IMG/VR virus record: IMGVR_UViG_3300031707_006565 | Coordinates: 437-64,436 of that record | Length of the DNA stretch: 64,000 bases | Direction: 5' to 3' (one strand) | DNA from: a virus | Taxonomy: Duplodnaviria; Caudoviricetes | Shown here: positions 45,845 to 58,103 of the stretch, in pieces | Numbering within the stretch: the first letter of the stretch is position 1 | How the letters are laid out: the number at the start of each line of letters is the position of its first letter | The notes under the pieces: generated by a model | Database searches by the model: none | Seen by the model: only the letters and a program-made list of their open reading frames with translations | What the model was told of the DNA's origin: nothing | Made by a program: the position numbers and the translations under genes

Positions 45845-47140
45845 ATGGAAACTGCAGTCCAAGAAATAATAACCAAAAATACATTGCCGGCACCGGTTTT
45901 CCCATTAGCAATAGAACTTAAGCCGGTAAATCTCATTGACCGAATCATTGATGCGATTAATAAGAAACAAAACTATTTGTCATATCGTCTAATGCGTCAA
46001 TTGTCGGTTGAGGAGTTTAAAAACCTGCCGGAAATCTCTCTTCCGCAGCAGTCGGGTGAATATGCATGGGAATTGAAACTATCCAACATAGTGACCGAGC
46101 GCAATGTGTTTACTTCAGGAATTGTCCAAGCAATGGATAGTAAAAACGAAGATCCGATACTTTTTGGCTTTGAGGACAAACCAACCTACGTATTACCGGC
46201 GATAAAGAGCTATAAGCCCGTTGATATTATCAAAAACTACTTTTATTCGACTGAGCGTGACCGGTGTAACTTCGGCCGACCTCACTCGGGTGGACACCAG
46301 ATAAATGGACACGGCAGACGCATCTGTTTTGACGGAGATACTCTTTTCTCTTACGGACAAGATATTGCCCACCGGGTTATGAATGGCTTCGTAATCAACG
46401 GCGATGTGTCTACACCGACAACTAACGGCGATATTAATTATGCATTCCACGTTGCGCCACTCGGTTCACCGATTATCCCTTTCAGTGTATTACAACAAGC
46501 TGAAATTAAAGATTTCAACAAGCTCGAATTAATCCAAGCATCATCGGATTGGTATGAGACGGTTAAAGATCCTAAAGGTGAAGAAAAATACGTTCATCAC
46601 CTCGGGGAAACTCTGTTTAAGTATGGTAATCGTTATTTCTTAAGCACTCTCGAAGCACGAAGGTATCGGCAACACCATTATCTGCTTGAACTGAACTCAG
46701 CAGCAGAATCAATTGAACTAGCTAAACAGCAAGCAAGCGGTTTAAACGGTGAGCAATGGATTAGATATCAAACCGGTGAAATCAAGCGTCAGGGGGAATA
46801 CTTTTTTATTCCAATCAAAATCAAAGATTACGTCGATAAGACATTATTCAAAATAACAGACTATATCGAAAAAAATAATTTCAGAATAATCAATCATGCA
46901 TTAGGACGATTCCCGATTCATGAAACCGGCAAACCAATGATCGAACTAGGTGATATTTTTAAACAGCCGAATGGCAACCCGCATTATCCGAGAGATGTAA
47001 TACGTTTGAATGGTGATGTATTTATAAGGGGAACTGTGCGTCACCCAGAGCATGGCATGCTTCGACTTGGAGAGCAATTCCACCTTGCACAACTCAATTA
47101 TATCAAGCGGTCTTATCAACCGAGCGGTCGTGTTGATTGA
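45845..47140 (+). CDS. Hypothetical phage-type protein
   Basis: AGGAGG RBS; RQGEYFFIP and RGTVRHPEH motifs. Confidence 0.7.
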   Translation: METAVQEIITKNTLPAPVFPLAIELKPVNLIDRIIDAINKKQNYLSYRLMRQLSVEEFKNLPEISLPQQSGEYAWELKLSNIVTERNVFTSGIVQAMDSKNEDPILFGFEDKPTYVLPAIKSYKPVDIIKNYFYSTERDRCNFGRPHSGGHQINGHGRRICFDGDTLFSYGQDIAHRVMNGFVINGDVSTPTTNGDINYAFHVAPLGSPIIPFSVLQQAEIKDFNKLELIQASSDWYETVKDPKGEEKYVHHLGETLFKYGNRYFLSTLEARRYRQHHYLLELNSAAESIELAKQQASGLNGEQWIRYQTGEIKRQGEYFFIPIKIKDYVDKTLFKITDYIEKNNFRIINHALGRFPIHETGKPMIELGDIFKQPNGNPHYPRDVIRLNGDVFIRGTVRHPEHGMLRLGEQFHLAQLNYIKRSYQPSGRVD

Positions 47141-47162
47141 TGTTTCGCTGCTAACTGACCGG

Positions 47163-47197
47163 AAAAAGGAGACGGCAACCCTACAGTTCCGTCTCCT
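47163..47197 (-). terminator. Intrinsic terminator between convergent genes
   Basis: AGGAGACGG/CCGTCTCCT stem; U-tract on the minus strand. Confidence 0.7.
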
Positions 47198-47216
47198 GAA
47201 TTTCTAAATTTCTCTT

Positions 47217-50200
47217 TTAATTCCCAACCCAGTCCTTACAAATTAAATGTGCTTGTTCTAATACGGTATCGGTTGCTTTTTTCTGTTTATCCGGCGGATA
47301 ACCGTATTTTCTCAATATTCTTTTAACCATTACTCTCAGTTTTGCCTGAACATTTTCTCTTAAAGTCCAGTCAATCGAGACATTTTTCCTGACGGTGTCA
47401 ACCAACGTTCTGGCTATTGTTTTCAATACTTCATCGCCTAAAACCTTTACTGCACTATCATTCACTTCTAACGCATCATAAAAAGCAACTTCATCTTCTG
47501 ATAATTTTAAGACCTCGCCTCTTTTATTTGCTTCCCGCATCGCTTTGGCAAGTTCGATTAACTCTTCAATAACCTGTGCGGTTTCAATTGTTCGATTAAT
47601 ATACTTTTTGATTGCTTTATCAAGCATATCGGCAAAGGATTTTCCCTGTATTAAATTTTTCCTTGCCCTTAACTTAATCTCATCGCTCAATAGTTTCTTG
47701 AGCATTTCAAATGCGAGATTTCTCTGTGGCATCCCTTTAACTTCAGCTAAGAACTCATCGGATAAAATTGAAATATCGGGCTTTTTCAGACCAGCTGCGG
47801 CAAATATATCAATCACTCTATCTGATATAATTGCCTTTGATAAAATCTGTTTAATCGCTGAATCTAAATCCTCAATTTCCTTTTCGGTGGTTGGTGTTGT
47901 TTTTATAATCGTTGACCTTATCGCTTGGAATAATCCAACCTCATCTTTTATTGCCAATGCCTTTTCATGTGGCACCGATAGCGCGAACGCCACTAATAAC
48001 TTTTTAACATATTTCAAGTATCTTTCTTTACCATCATCTTGTTTTAAGATAAATTCCATCGCATCGGTTAAAAATGCAATCCGCTCGTTCGTCGCTAACT
48101 CAAAAAATCTAGTATAATCAAACCCAAAGAACATACCTTTGATTATTTCGTATTGCTCAAGCAATACCCTGACTGCATCTTCTTGGTCAAATGTCGGCTT
48201 GCCTTGACCACCGCTTTCTGTATATTGAGCCACTGCTTTTTGCAAGTCAACCGCAATGCCAATATAATCAACTACCAATCCGCCGTCTTTATCTTTAAAA
48301 ACCCGATTTACTCTTGCAATTGCCTGCATCAATCCGTGTCCTCGCATCGGTTTATCTACATACATCGTATGCAAACTTGGCGCATCAAATCCAGTCAACC
48401 ACATATCCCGAACGATTGCAAGTTTCATTGGGTCAGACGGGTCTTTCATTCTTTCACCAATTGCTTTTCTTCTGTCTTTAGTTCGAATATGTTCCTGCCA
48501 AGCTACCGGATCAGTTGCTGAACCAGTCATCACGACTTTTATCACGCCTTTATCATCGTCTTTGTTATACCAATCAGGTCTTAATTTAATAATCTCGTTA
48601 TGCAAATCAAAACATATCCGTCGACTCATGCAGACAATCATTGCTTTACCATCAAAAACGCTGACTCGGTTTTCCCAGTGATTAACTATATCATTTGCAA
48701 TTCTTTTTATTCGTTCTTCGGCACCGACAATTTTTTCCAGTCTTGCCCATTTACTCTTCAGTTTTTCCTTATGCTCAATCTCTTCACCTTCTGTTGCCTC
48801 TTCAAAATCTTCGTCAATATGCGGTTTTTCTTCGGGTTTTAGCTCAAGTTTAGCAAGTCTGCTTTCGTAGTAAATTCTAACCGTAACATTATCATCAATT
48901 GCCTGCTGAATATCGTATATATCAACATAATTCCCAAATACCGCAGGTGTGCTTCGATCTGCCTTTTCAATCGGTGTTCCGGTAAACCCGATAAAAGTAG
49001 CATTAGGCAAAGCGTCTCTGATATGCCTTGCAAATCCATCAATAAAATCATACTGGCTTCGATGTGCTTCATCAGCAATCACAATAATATTTCTTCGGTC
49101 TGAAAGTTTATCGTATCGGTCACCTTTCATTTCAGGCAAGAATTTCTGAATCGTGGTAAAGATAATCCCACCCGATGAAACTTTTAGCAGTTCTTTTATA
49201 TCTTCTCTTGCTTCAGCTTGTTTTGGTTTTTGTCTTAACAGTTCATTGCATCTACTAAAAGTTCCGAACAATTGGTCGTCTAAATCGTTTCTGTCGGTTA
49301 ATAAGATGACCGTTGGATTTTCTAATTCTGGTTGAAGCACCAGTTTACCAGCAAAGAAAACCATAATTAAACTTTTACCGCTTCCTTGTGTGTGCCATAC
49401 CACTCCTGCTCGTTTATCGCCGATTGGTTGTTCTTTTACTGATGGCAAACCATATTTTTCAGGTTTTTCTTTTACTAGCAAATCTGGTAAAGTTGATGCT
49501 CGAATTGTTGATTCGATGGCACGATTTACCGCGTGATATTGATGATAAGCGGCAAGTTTCTTGGATATTTTAAGATTGCCGTCTTTCTTATCCTTGTCCA
49601 TCTCAAAAATAATGAAATGCTTGATTAAATCCAACAACACCTTTTTATTCAACATTCCTTTGAGTAAAACTTCAATTTGTGAAATTGCTTTTGAACTCTT
49701 TTCGCCTTCAATCGTTTTCCATGGTGTAAATCTATCTTTTTTAGAAGACAATGTGCCGGCTCTTGCTTCAAGACCATCGCTAATAACTAAAATCTCATTA
49801 AATCTAAATAATGATGGTATTTGATTCTTATAAGTATCAAACTGCTTATATGCCGTCCAGATTGTTGCGTTCTCATCTGAGGGATTTTTAAGTTCAATCA
49901 GAACAATAGGCAGGCCATTGACAAATAAAACAATATCTGGTCTTCGATTATTTCTATCTTCTACGACGGTAAATTGATTTACTGCCAGAAACTCATTGTT
50001 CTCAGGGTTGTCAAAATCAAACAACGAAACATAATCATTTTTAACACTGCCATCTTTTCGCTTATAATCAACTGGCACACCAGTAAACACCATCCGATGG
50101 AAAAACTGATTATTAACAACGAGATTTTGACTATCAGTTCTTAAAATTTTCTTTATCGCTTCTTCAATTGCCTCACTCGGAATATCTCTGTTGATATTTA

Positions 50201-50372
50201 CCAGGGCATCTCTCAATCTCTGGACTAAAACAACTTCATGATAATTTCGCTCGACAAATAAACCACCTTCAGAAATATCAGGACCGTGAAGGACTGAATA
50301 CCCCAAATCTTTTGCAATATCTAATACTGCTATTTCAACATCTGATTCAGTTATGATTCGTGTTGTTTTCAA
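47217..50372 (-). CDS. hsdR: Type I restriction endonuclease subunit R
   Basis: [41 protein letters not shown]. Confidence 0.97.
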   Translation of the reverse strand: MKTTRIITESDVEIAVLDIAKDLGYSVLHGPDISEGGLFVERNYHEVVLVQRLRDALVNINRDIPSEAIEEAIKKILRTDSQNLVVNNQFFHRMVFTGVPVDYKRKDGSVKNDYVSLFDFDNPENNEFLAVNQFTVVEDRNNRRPDIVLFVNGLPIVLIELKNPSDENATIWTAYKQFDTYKNQIPSLFRFNEILVISDGLEARAGTLSSKKDRFTPWKTIEGEKSSKAISQIEVLLKGMLNKKVLLDLIKHFIIFEMDKDKKDGNLKISKKLAAYHQYHAVNRAIESTIRASTLPDLLVKEKPEKYGLPSVKEQPIGDKRAGVVWHTQGSGKSLIMVFFAGKLVLQPELENPTVILLTDRNDLDDQLFGTFSRCNELLRQKPKQAEAREDIKELLKVSSGGIIFTTIQKFLPEMKGDRYDKLSDRRNIIVIADEAHRSQYDFIDGFARHIRDALPNATFIGFTGTPIEKADRSTPAVFGNYVDIYDIQQAIDDNVTVRIYYESRLAKLELKPEEKPHIDEDFEEATEGEEIEHKEKLKSKWARLEKIVGAEERIKRIANDIVNHWENRVSVFDGKAMIVCMSRRICFDLHNEIIKLRPDWYNKDDDKGVIKVVMTGSATDPVAWQEHIRTKDRRKAIGERMKDPSDPMKLAIVRDMWLTGFDAPSLHTMYVDKPMRGHGLMQAIARVNRVFKDKDGGLVVDYIGIAVDLQKAVAQYTESGGQGKPTFDQEDAVRVLLEQYEIIKGMFFGFDYTRFFELATNERIAFLTDAMEFILKQDDGKERYLKYVKKLLVAFALSVPHEKALAIKDEVGLFQAIRSTIIKTTPTTEKEIEDLDSAIKQILSKAIISDRVIDIFAAAGLKKPDISILSDEFLAEVKGMPQRNLAFEMLKKLLSDEIKLRARKNLIQGKSFADMLDKAIKKYINRTIETAQVIEELIELAKAMREANKRGEVLKLSEDEVAFYDALEVNDSAVKVLGDEVLKTIARTLVDTVRKNVSIDWTLRENVQAKLRVMVKRILRKYGYPPDKQKKATDTVLEQAHLICKDWVGN

Positions 50373-52117
50373 AATCTTATTCCTAGTAGACCCTCCTCTT
50401 CTTTGGCATCTGTAAAGGTCTCAATTACATATTTATCAAAATTAAAATTTTTATCAAAATCGTTTCTTGGAACTGCATCAGAGTTCATAGTGCAAATATA
50501 CTGAAATCCTACTTTTCTCGATTCAGATTCAGCAAGCTGCAAAGCAAGAGCTTTTTGTCTCTCATCAACATCTGCAAATATTATACTATCGTGAACCAAA
50601 AAAACTTGGCTGTTTGCTTTTTTAGCCAACAATTTTGCTATCATAAGATCATAACAAAATATTTTCATATTACCTATCCCATGGCTTCCCGATCGTTCTA
50701 TCTTAACATTAAATTTGAAACCTGTTTTAGAGACATCTATTGATAATGTCCCAGGAGTAGAATATAATGCTTTTGAGTATGAGTTAAAGGTTAAAGTCAC
50801 TTCTTCTTTTTGGGATTTTCTTTCATTTAAATCATTCTTAGCATGTTGTAATAATAGCTCTTGTTCAATATTGATGGAACTCTTTCCCTGCTCAAATTTT
50901 GTAAGATTCTCTAATCGGCTAGAAACATCATTTAACTGTGCAACAGTAGTTTGATAATTATTTTGTAATTGAGTCCATTCTTGTAGTGCACCATGCGTCT
51001 GTAAGGTAAGCATTAATTCTGCACGCTTGGAGGTGAGGTTTTTTATTTGGACTTCTCTATTTGCAAGATTTAGATTTAGATTCCCCATTTCCAAACTTAA
51101 AAATGATTTTCTATTCGTGACAACATCTTTATGGAAAGATAAAACTTTATTTATTTTTTTAGTAATCTGATCTGGCATTATCAATCCTGCTTCCTCGTAT
51201 ACTTTTATAATTTTCTCTGGTTTGGCATCCACTTCTTCTTTGATACTAGCTTCGTAATGTTCAAGTAGCCTTTTGTCATTTATATTTTGATTTACATATT
51301 CATGAATTTTTTCTGTCAATCGGTTAGCATCTTCTTCTAATTGTTTATATTGTGGATGGACCTTGAAATTATCTAATTGTTCTTTTTCTTGTTTTATTTG
51401 GGATTCTAATCTTATTTTAAGCGCTTCAAGTTCTCCGATACTGCCCATCATAAACGATATTAAACCTGAGGTGGCTTCCTGTCTAATCTGTGCAAGGATT
51501 TTTTCTCTGTCTTTTAATATTTGCCATTTAGAAGCATATTCCCAACCGAGACCAAGAAGAAATGCATTATTAACTTGTTGATCCCATTCCAATTGAGTTT
51601 TATAATGCTGAAACGGATTCAAGAATGCTCCACTTTGACCATTCTTTCTTACTAAATAGGATATTAGGCTCCTAAAAGTTGGAATATATTTATATTCATC
51701 ATAAAACGGCTGCAAATCAAATATCAACATTCCTAAAACTTTATTCCAATCATTCCTTAATATTATTTGTTTTCCTGTTCTCTTATCAATTATTGGTTTT
51801 ATTGTCCACTCAGAACAATCTCCTTCGATAACAATCTTGTTCATATCCTTAGTGTTTCTGGTAACAGAATACCTTTTACCTCTTAGATCAAGATCTAATG
51901 TGAATGCCCAACCATTTAATTGAGGCTTATTAAGAGTTTCACCTTTTTTCCCACCTAAGCAAAAATGGATGATTTCGATTAGAGTAGATTTACCTAAACC
52001 GTTTCTAGAATCTTTTTTTGTTGCTTCCTTTGTTCTTTCTGCAAGAATAATATTGAAACCTGGTTTAAAGATAATCGACTTGAACGAAGGTCTATCGCAT
52101 CTAATTGAATGAATCAT
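50369..52117 (-). CDS. ABC-three-component/Lamassu SMC-like ATPase (DUF2326)
   Basis: SRNGLGKST, coiled coil, GSHG, FCYDL, LVHDS..DVD. Confidence 0.85.
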   Translation of the reverse strand: MIHSIRCDRPSFKSIIFKPGFNIILAERTKEATKKDSRNGLGKSTLIEIIHFCLGGKKGETLNKPQLNGWAFTLDLDLRGKRYSVTRNTKDMNKIVIEGDCSEWTIKPIIDKRTGKQIILRNDWNKVLGMLIFDLQPFYDEYKYIPTFRSLISYLVRKNGQSGAFLNPFQHYKTQLEWDQQVNNAFLLGLGWEYASKWQILKDREKILAQIRQEATSGLISFMMGSIGELEALKIRLESQIKQEKEQLDNFKVHPQYKQLEEDANRLTEKIHEYVNQNINDKRLLEHYEASIKEEVDAKPEKIIKVYEEAGLIMPDQITKKINKVLSFHKDVVTNRKSFLSLEMGNLNLNLANREVQIKNLTSKRAELMLTLQTHGALQEWTQLQNNYQTTVAQLNDVSSRLENLTKFEQGKSSINIEQELLLQHAKNDLNERKSQKEEVTLTFNSYSKALYSTPGTLSIDVSKTGFKFNVKIERSGSHGIGNMKIFCYDLMIAKLLAKKANSQVFLVHDSIIFADVDERQKALALQLAESESRKVGFQYICTMNSDAVPRNDFDKNFNFDKYVIETFTDAKEEEGLLGIRF

Positions 52118-52340
52118 GTTTCAACCTCACAATAATTCCTTTTTTTAAATTAATTAATCCTAATGCAAAAAGCAAATCCAGTCCCAATGTAAATTTCTCG
52201 AATGTCTTTACTTCTGGTAGTTGTTTTGTTTTGTCCCATAGAAGAGTAACCGTCTGTTTGTCTGTTATATTATTTAATAAAACCGCACCTAAGTTTAATA
52301 GACAATTTTGCAGTTTTATGTATTTAGAAGGGAGTATCAT
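52101..52340 (-). CDS. ABC-three-component middle component (LmuC-like)
   Basis: MILPSKYI...TVTLLW...F.LGLDLLFALGLI. Confidence 0.8.
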   Translation of the reverse strand: MILPSKYIKLQNCLLNLGAVLLNNITDKQTVTLLWDKTKQLPEVKTFEKFTLGLDLLFALGLINLKKGIIVRLKHDSFN

Positions 52341-53086
52341 TTTTCAAACACCTCACATTTTTCAAATAAATATACAAGTATAGTCAAACCAGCAGCTCTG
52401 TTTCTAAAATCATTACTTCCGCCAGAAGCGAAATTTAACAAAGAATTAAAAAGATCATCTTTCTGTAATCCTTCATTATTTCTAAGTCTTTCATATTCGT
52501 TCACGAATCCTTGCTTAAGGCGCTCTCCGAATTCTTCATCTGGACAACTTTCTATGAAATGATCAACTTGTTTTACCTGCGACATACCCATTGTAATTAA
52601 ACGTTCAATACTGGCTGATAATTCATTCTTTTTAATTTTTTCTTTTGGCGGTATAATTATATAGGAATCACTAGTGATAAACTGGCCAGACACTAGATAT
52701 TTAGTAACAACACTAAGTTCTGAGAATGTTACATTTATGATTTCTTTTTCCGTTGATTCTGTAATCCACCTTTCGTGTTCTTCCTTGATTTTATGCAATT
52801 TTTCTACAGTATAAGTGTTCGGTTGGTCATCAATCATCTTATGGCAATTTGCACATAATAAAATTAAATTATCATAACAATTTCTTTGTTTATCTGTCAT
52901 ATTCGAATCAAACCTAGCGGCGCTTTCCTTTTCACCTTTAATGTGAGCCATTACTCCAATGATACAGTTTGAATCACTTTCTGTTTTGTTAATGACTAAT
53001 TCTTTATGGCAATTCGGAATTGCACATCTATTTCCGCTTTTAAGGCAGAGTATCTTCTGACCCTTTAGTGAAATGTTACCGCTCAT
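52337..53086 (-). CDS. HNH nuclease effector with ABC-3C C-terminal domain (LmuA-like)
   Basis: SGNRCAIPNC, AHI, NLILLCANCH..ID; KIKKNELS...YLFEKCEVFE. Confidence 0.85.
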   Translation of the reverse strand: MSGNISLKGQKILCLKSGNRCAIPNCHKELVINKTESDSNCIIGVMAHIKGEKESAARFDSNMTDKQRNCYDNLILLCANCHKMIDDQPNTYTVEKLHKIKEEHERWITESTEKEIINVTFSELSVVTKYLVSGQFITSDSYIIIPPKEKIKKNELSASIERLITMGMSQVKQVDHFIESCPDEEFGERLKQGFVNEYERLRNNEGLQKDDLFNSLLNFASGGSNDFRNRAAGLTILVYLFEKCEVFEK

Positions 53087-53090
53087 ACTA

Positions 53091-54395
53091 TTACTTTACA
53101 GGGATTCTAATTTTCCCCGACATTAATTTTGACGAAAGCGAATCACGGATTTGTGATAAGTTCCTAGACTGTAATTCGTTGTTTTCTATTTTTAAACGAA
53201 GTTTTCTCACGATTTCTGAATATTGTTTTATTATGTCCTTAGGAGGCGTTATTATTTTTAACTTTCTTATTCCTTTGACATTTAAACTCGAAAAGATGGT
53301 GCCTTCGTCTATATTTTTACTTATTTGCTCGAGTCCATAGTCAGATAAAAAGTATTGAAGAAGGTATATCATGTCTACTTCCGTAGCCCTAACAGCAGTA
53401 ATATTCCTTCCTATTCCTCCACGAAACCAGTAAGGAACTTTAGCTATTGCTTGTCTGCCAGCATTTGTAAAGAGTATGTCTTTATCGGAAACCAAAATAT
53501 TTTTTGCCCAGATTTTGTAATCTTTATCAGAAATAAAATAAGGATTTGAAATGTCGATGCTATGAAATTCATTTAAGTTGTAAAACTGAACTAATATGTT
53601 TCCTGTTTCCATTTGTTCAGGTTTCTTAGTATGTAAACAATCAATAACCGTAGCGACTTCTGGTAATTTTTTAATCCACGACCCTTTTGGTATCTTTCCC
53701 ATATCAGAATCAACCATTTCTCCGCCTGATGATTTATAGGGTTTTCCTTGTTCATTTGGAAACTCAAAGTCAATAAACCAATGTTTAAAAATCGACTGCC
53801 CGATTGCTTCAAGCGTCTTATTCATCTGCTGATTCAGTTCGATTTTGGCGTCGAATACATACAGAAAGTTACTGATAGAATCTTGCTCGTCTTTTGGGGG
53901 TAGTATAATCTTAGCATGTTCAAATTTTGATTTAGAAATATTAGTATAAACTGAACCTCCGCCCCCTAAACTTTCTAAATAGTCAGCATGCCTGTTGAAA
54001 TAGTAATACAACCATTTAGAATTTACATTCTTATTTGGGATTATTGAATTTATTTGTTGATTCGTAAATGAATCTTTAGATGTAATTCCTGTTTTTCCAA
54101 TTGTAGCTAAACAAGAAACCATAACAGAATCTCTTTGAAGTTTAAGATTGACCATGTATTCTGCGCCTTCTTCTGATAGACTTAATTCTGATTCTTTTAT
54201 ATAAACAGAGTTGCCCATATCTGGTATTCTAATAAAGGGGTATTTTCCATAAAAAAATTCTTTATGAGCAGTTGGTGGGGTCTTTCCAGTTATTACTTTT
54301 CCAATCTCTCCAACTTTCTTTACTTCCCACTCATCAGGAATCATACCAATTTCAGTATTTTTAAATTTAATGTGTTGTTTCATTATTAAATACAA
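53091..54395 (-). CDS. hsdS: Type I R-M specificity subunit
   Basis: EIGMIPDEW, two TRDs, LEAIGQSIFKHWF, KLMSGKI. Confidence 0.95.
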   Translation of the reverse strand: MYLIMKQHIKFKNTEIGMIPDEWEVKKVGEIGKVITGKTPPTAHKEFFYGKYPFIRIPDMGNSVYIKESELSLSEEGAEYMVNLKLQRDSVMVSCLATIGKTGITSKDSFTNQQINSIIPNKNVNSKWLYYYFNRHADYLESLGGGGSVYTNISKSKFEHAKIILPPKDEQDSISNFLYVFDAKIELNQQMNKTLEAIGQSIFKHWFIDFEFPNEQGKPYKSSGGEMVDSDMGKIPKGSWIKKLPEVATVIDCLHTKKPEQMETGNILVQFYNLNEFHSIDISNPYFISDKDYKIWAKNILVSDKDILFTNAGRQAIAKVPYWFRGGIGRNITAVRATEVDMIYLLQYFLSDYGLEQISKNIDEGTIFSSLNVKGIRKLKIITPPKDIIKQYSEIVRKLRLKIENNELQSRNLSQIRDSLSSKLMSGKIRIPVK

Positions 54396-54945
54396 TCACA
54401 GCGTTATCATCACGAATTTCGTTTCCGTTCTTATAGATTGTCCATTTTGTTTTATTCTTATTTCGATGTAAGTTAATATAAAATCCAAATTTATATCCGA
54501 ATCTAGATGTTAAAACTCTAAGATTATTTTTATCCTTCTCGATTTGATTTTTATTATGATAATTCCACTTCTTTATTTCAAAACATAAAAAGTCGCTTTC
54601 GATGTTTTCGTTATTGATAAAATCACTTCTTTTGTGAATTATTATATCGACAAATCTATTTGTTATGGTTCCATTTGGTTCTTCAATAGGCTTCCCTTGT
54701 CTTGGTTCGCAAACCCATCTTCCGTTTATATATGTAGCACGATAAGAACTATTAAAATCACAATCAACTGAAAAGTTTGTAATTTTATTTTGTAAATAAT
54801 GTGCAAACCTGAAAACAAGACACCTTTCACAAACTCCTTTTTTATCGTTTCTCTCAAATAAGTCCGAATCTTGTTGATATACTTGATTTAAACAATCTTT
54901 TACAATTGTTTTAATTTCTTCCAAACTTGAATTTCTAGCAACCAT
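54367..54945 (-). CDS. Putative PD-(D/E)XK nuclease-fold protein
   Basis: ER..FRFAHYL, VDCDFN, VDIIIH.R, CFEIKK. Confidence 0.6.
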   Translation of the reverse strand: MVARNSSLEEIKTIVKDCLNQVYQQDSDLFERNDKKGVCERCLVFRFAHYLQNKITNFSVDCDFNSSYRATYINGRWVCEPRQGKPIEEPNGTITNRFVDIIIHKRSDFINNENIESDFLCFEIKKWNYHNKNQIEKDKNNLRVLTSRFGYKFGFYINLHRNKNKTKWTIYKNGNEIRDDNAVIVFNNETTH

Positions 54946-56476
54946 ACCCGATACTCTCTAAATTCTTTTTTATCTCATAATCAAGTTTATTACCCTCTTC
55001 CATCTGTTTTGCTAATTCTGAAGTCAATCTTTTCATCTTCTCATCATATGCTTCGTCGTCTTCTTCTTTTTGCTCAAATCCAACATATCTGCCTGGCGTT
55101 AAAATATGGTCGTGTTTTCTAATTTCATCTAAAGTGACAGACTTACAGAAACCAGCAATATCTTCATATCTCCCACTCTCACCACGCCAAGCATGATATG
55201 TATCAGAAATATTCTTTATATCTTCTTGCGTCAATTCTCGGTGTCTTCTATCCATCATTTTTCCTATTTTTCTTGCATCAATAAATAATATTTGTCCGCT
55301 TCTGTCTCTGAACTTATGATTTTTCTTATCTTTCGCAATAAACCAAAGACAAGCCGGAATCATTGTATTCGTGAATAATTGAGTTGGTAAAGCAATCATA
55401 CAATCCACCAAATTGTTTTCAATTATATTCTTGCGAATTTCTCCTTCATTAGAAGTATTTGATGACATCGAACCATTGGCAAGCACAAACCCTGCAATTC
55501 CATTTGGTGCTAAATGATGAATAAAATGTTGCACCCAGGCAAAATTAGCATTGCCAGTTGGTGGAACTCCGAATTTCCAACGAATATCTTCTCTTAACAG
55601 ATCACCTTTCCAGTCTGAATCATTAAATGGTGGATTAGCTAAGATAAAATCTGCTTTTAAATCTTTGTGTAAATCATTTGTAAAACTATCTCCCCATTGA
55701 ATGTTTGCTTCAATCCCCCTAATCGCAAGATTCATTACGGCCAGTCGCCAGGTAGTTTGATTGCTTTCCTGCCCGTAAATCGAAATATTCTTCATATTAC
55801 CACCGTGTTCTTCAACAAACCTTTCCGATTGGACAAACATTCCACTACTTCCACAACACGGGTCAAATACCCTTCCCTTGTATGGCTCAATCATTGCAAC
55901 CAGTAATTGAACAATACACCTTGGCGTATAGAACTGACCACCTTTCTTTCCTTCTGCAAGTGCGAATTGACCCAAGAAATATTCATAAACTTGACCAAGG
56001 ATATCTTTGCTTCTGTTTTCTTTATCCCCAAGACCAATTGTTCCGATTAAGTCAATTAATTCACCTAATCTCTGCTTATCTAAAGCTGGCCGAGCATAAT
56101 CTTTTGTAAGAATTCCTTTTAAAGAAGAATTATCTCGTTCTATTGCATCCATTGCATCATCAACAAGCCTGCCGACTGTTGGTTGCTTCGCATTCTTTTG
56201 CAGATAATCCCATCTTGCTTCTCTCGGCACCCAAAATACATTCTTTGATTTGTATTCATCAACATCTTCCGGGTCGGCTAATTTTTCAGGGTCATTTACC
56301 AGTTCTTGATATACCTCTTTAAAAGCATCTGATATGTATTTAAGAAAAATGAGCCCTAAAACAACATGCTTATATTCGGCAGCGTCCATATTACTTCTAA
56401 GCTTATCAGCTGCCTGCCAAAGTTTTCCTAGAAAATCATTATTTGCACCATTTGATACCTTTGCCATTTTTATCAT
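54935..56476 (-). CDS. hsdM: Type I R-M methyltransferase subunit
   Basis: [29 protein letters not shown]. Confidence 0.97.
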   Translation of the reverse strand: MIKMAKVSNGANNDFLGKLWQAADKLRSNMDAAEYKHVVLGLIFLKYISDAFKEVYQELVNDPEKLADPEDVDEYKSKNVFWVPREARWDYLQKNAKQPTVGRLVDDAMDAIERDNSSLKGILTKDYARPALDKQRLGELIDLIGTIGLGDKENRSKDILGQVYEYFLGQFALAEGKKGGQFYTPRCIVQLLVAMIEPYKGRVFDPCCGSSGMFVQSERFVEEHGGNMKNISIYGQESNQTTWRLAVMNLAIRGIEANIQWGDSFTNDLHKDLKADFILANPPFNDSDWKGDLLREDIRWKFGVPPTGNANFAWVQHFIHHLAPNGIAGFVLANGSMSSNTSNEGEIRKNIIENNLVDCMIALPTQLFTNTMIPACLWFIAKDKKNHKFRDRSGQILFIDARKIGKMMDRRHRELTQEDIKNISDTYHAWRGESGRYEDIAGFCKSVTLDEIRKHDHILTPGRYVGFEQKEEDDEAYDEKMKRLTSELAKQMEEGNKLDYEIKKNLESIGYGC

Positions 56477-56504
56477 CCTCTCCAGTTTAATGATTACTCA
56501 AAAC

Positions 56505-56532
56505 ATAATAAAAGCAAAAACCTAAATGTCAA
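56505..56532 (-). promoter_or_regulatory. Sigma70 promoter of the R-M/Lamassu operon
   Basis: TTGACA-16 nt-TATTAT on the minus strand. Confidence 0.65.
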
Positions 56533-57006
56533 GTGCTTGTCGCTTTGCTTATTTCTTCAAATCTTAGGGAAAAATCTGCAGCCTTATTGCTCCTCTGCTA
56601 ATTCTAAAGTCGGCGTTAGGGAATATGACTGAAGAATTAAATATCCGTTAAAACTCAATTAACGCTTTGTTTAATTTTAAGATTGCAACTCCCAAGCAAG
56701 CCGGTATGTAACCCACGGGTAAGCCCATCCTTTGCCCTAGGGTTTATTTATCGAGTTCTCAAGCATCTTGTAACATGGCTTGCTCACTGTATTGTCGATT
56801 AGATAACTGATGAATTTGCTGAATACCTTACCTACCTAGACCAGCAGGACTGTGTCTTGGAATTTTAGTAATCAAAACTAGCTTTAAATATTGTGCCGAA
56901 AAGAAAACTGTCCTGATAAATGCCTTGGGGCTAGGCTTTGCGAAGTTCGAAGCATTTGGGTGAACGGAGTGAGTAACAAAGCTCGTATTAGCAGAAGTGG
57001 TTTTTT

Positions 57007-57531
57007 CTATTTCAATAAATCTGCAATCATTTTACTAATTATCTCATCTGTTATTCCATATCGTTGGCAAATAACAGCCGTAATAGATTCTATCTTTTTA
57101 TCTCCACTTTCAAGTTTGGATATAAAGCATTTGAGTTCAGATAACATATGTTGACGACCATCTTTTTTCATAAAATCAATTGCTTTAACTCTAAAATAGC
57201 GATGTGCTAGATAATTACGTATATCCAGTAATTCTTTTAAATCAGCTTCTAAACCTTCAGATATTTTCATTGCTTGTTTTAGAGAAGATATCAATTTGCC
57301 TAATGTTTTTTCGTAATTTTCTTCCATAAATGGATCAATATCAGACCTGGTTATTTTATCTTTATTTTTTAATTTAAGCGCAACCAGTAAATTTACAAGT
57401 CCAGTTTCAAAGCATTGAGCGAAATACATTGCTAAGCCATATTTTGCATAAACTTCTCTTGTTTGCCAAGATTCGTCATCCATTTCTTCAATCATAATTT
57501 TATCCTGTTTATGGTAAAATATACGGGACAC
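57007..57531 (-). CDS. Putative HEPN-domain protein
   Basis: Helical; AQCFE, TLGKL, RNYLAH (Rx4H). Confidence 0.65.
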   Translation of the reverse strand: MSRIFYHKQDKIMIEEMDDESWQTREVYAKYGLAMYFAQCFETGLVNLLVALKLKNKDKITRSDIDPFMEENYEKTLGKLISSLKQAMKISEGLEADLKELLDIRNYLAHRYFRVKAIDFMKKDGRQHMLSELKCFISKLESGDKKIESITAVICQRYGITDEIISKMIADLLK

Positions 57532-57576
57532 TTCCCGGTTTCTTTTAATACATTTCTCATATTAAATCTTTTCATT

Positions 57577-57605
57577 ATCATAATCCCAAGCGGTTGGTTG
57601 GCAAG
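57577..57605 (-). promoter_or_regulatory. Duplicated promoter, copy 1
   Basis: TTGCCA-16 nt-TATGAT; 27/29 identical to 57951-57979. Confidence 0.65.
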
Positions 57606-57665
57606 AGAGAATATAGTTCTGTGTGAATCACACTGCTAAGAATTTAATATTTGATTTAATCTCTA

Positions 57666-57863
57666 CTACCAGTCTTTCTTGTCCGTATAATAAAATTCCT
57701 TTTTGCATTTATTACATATAAATCGAAAGTTATTTATCTCCGGCATTTTCCCACCTGTTGGAACACTCTTTGTATTACCATAACCTGCACCTGTTGGCGT
57801 TACATCAGTGCCTCTACAATGTGGGCATTCCTTTTTAACCGTGTATTTTATATCGTCTTCCAT
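57666..57863 (-). CDS. Small zinc-ribbon protein
   Basis: CPHC...CNKC; AAGGAG RBS. Confidence 0.7.
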   Translation of the reverse strand: MEDDIKYTVKKECPHCRGTDVTPTGAGYGNTKSVPTGGKMPEINNFRFICNKCKKEFYYTDKKDW

Positions 57864-57950
57864 ATATTCTCCTTATTTAGATTAATCAATATAAAAATCT
57901 CTAATTGTTATTGAACTGCTTAAGCTTTTACCTTTCACTGATCTTGCATC

Positions 57951-57979
57951 ATCATAATCCCAAGCGATTGGTTGTCAAG
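57951..57979 (-). promoter_or_regulatory. Duplicated promoter, copy 2
   Basis: TTGACA-16 nt-TATGAT. Confidence 0.7.
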
Positions 57980-58103
57980 TGGCGAGATAAAAATCTCGCT
58001 TGATTTCACAGATTAAATAATGATTACCGCGATTAAAATATGATAAAAACAATCAAAGACTCATATGTTAATCAATAATAGAAGATAATTTATTGGAGGA
58101 TTT

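Noticed and set aside
47545-56525. Plus-strand ORFs across the R-M operon, and antisense ORFs across the prophage
   Set aside because: Shadow frames of well-supported genes on the opposite strand.
56690-56745. Possible IS200/IS605-type end hairpin (CCCACGGGTAAGCCCAT)
   Set aside because: Degenerate, with no transposase or partner end nearby.
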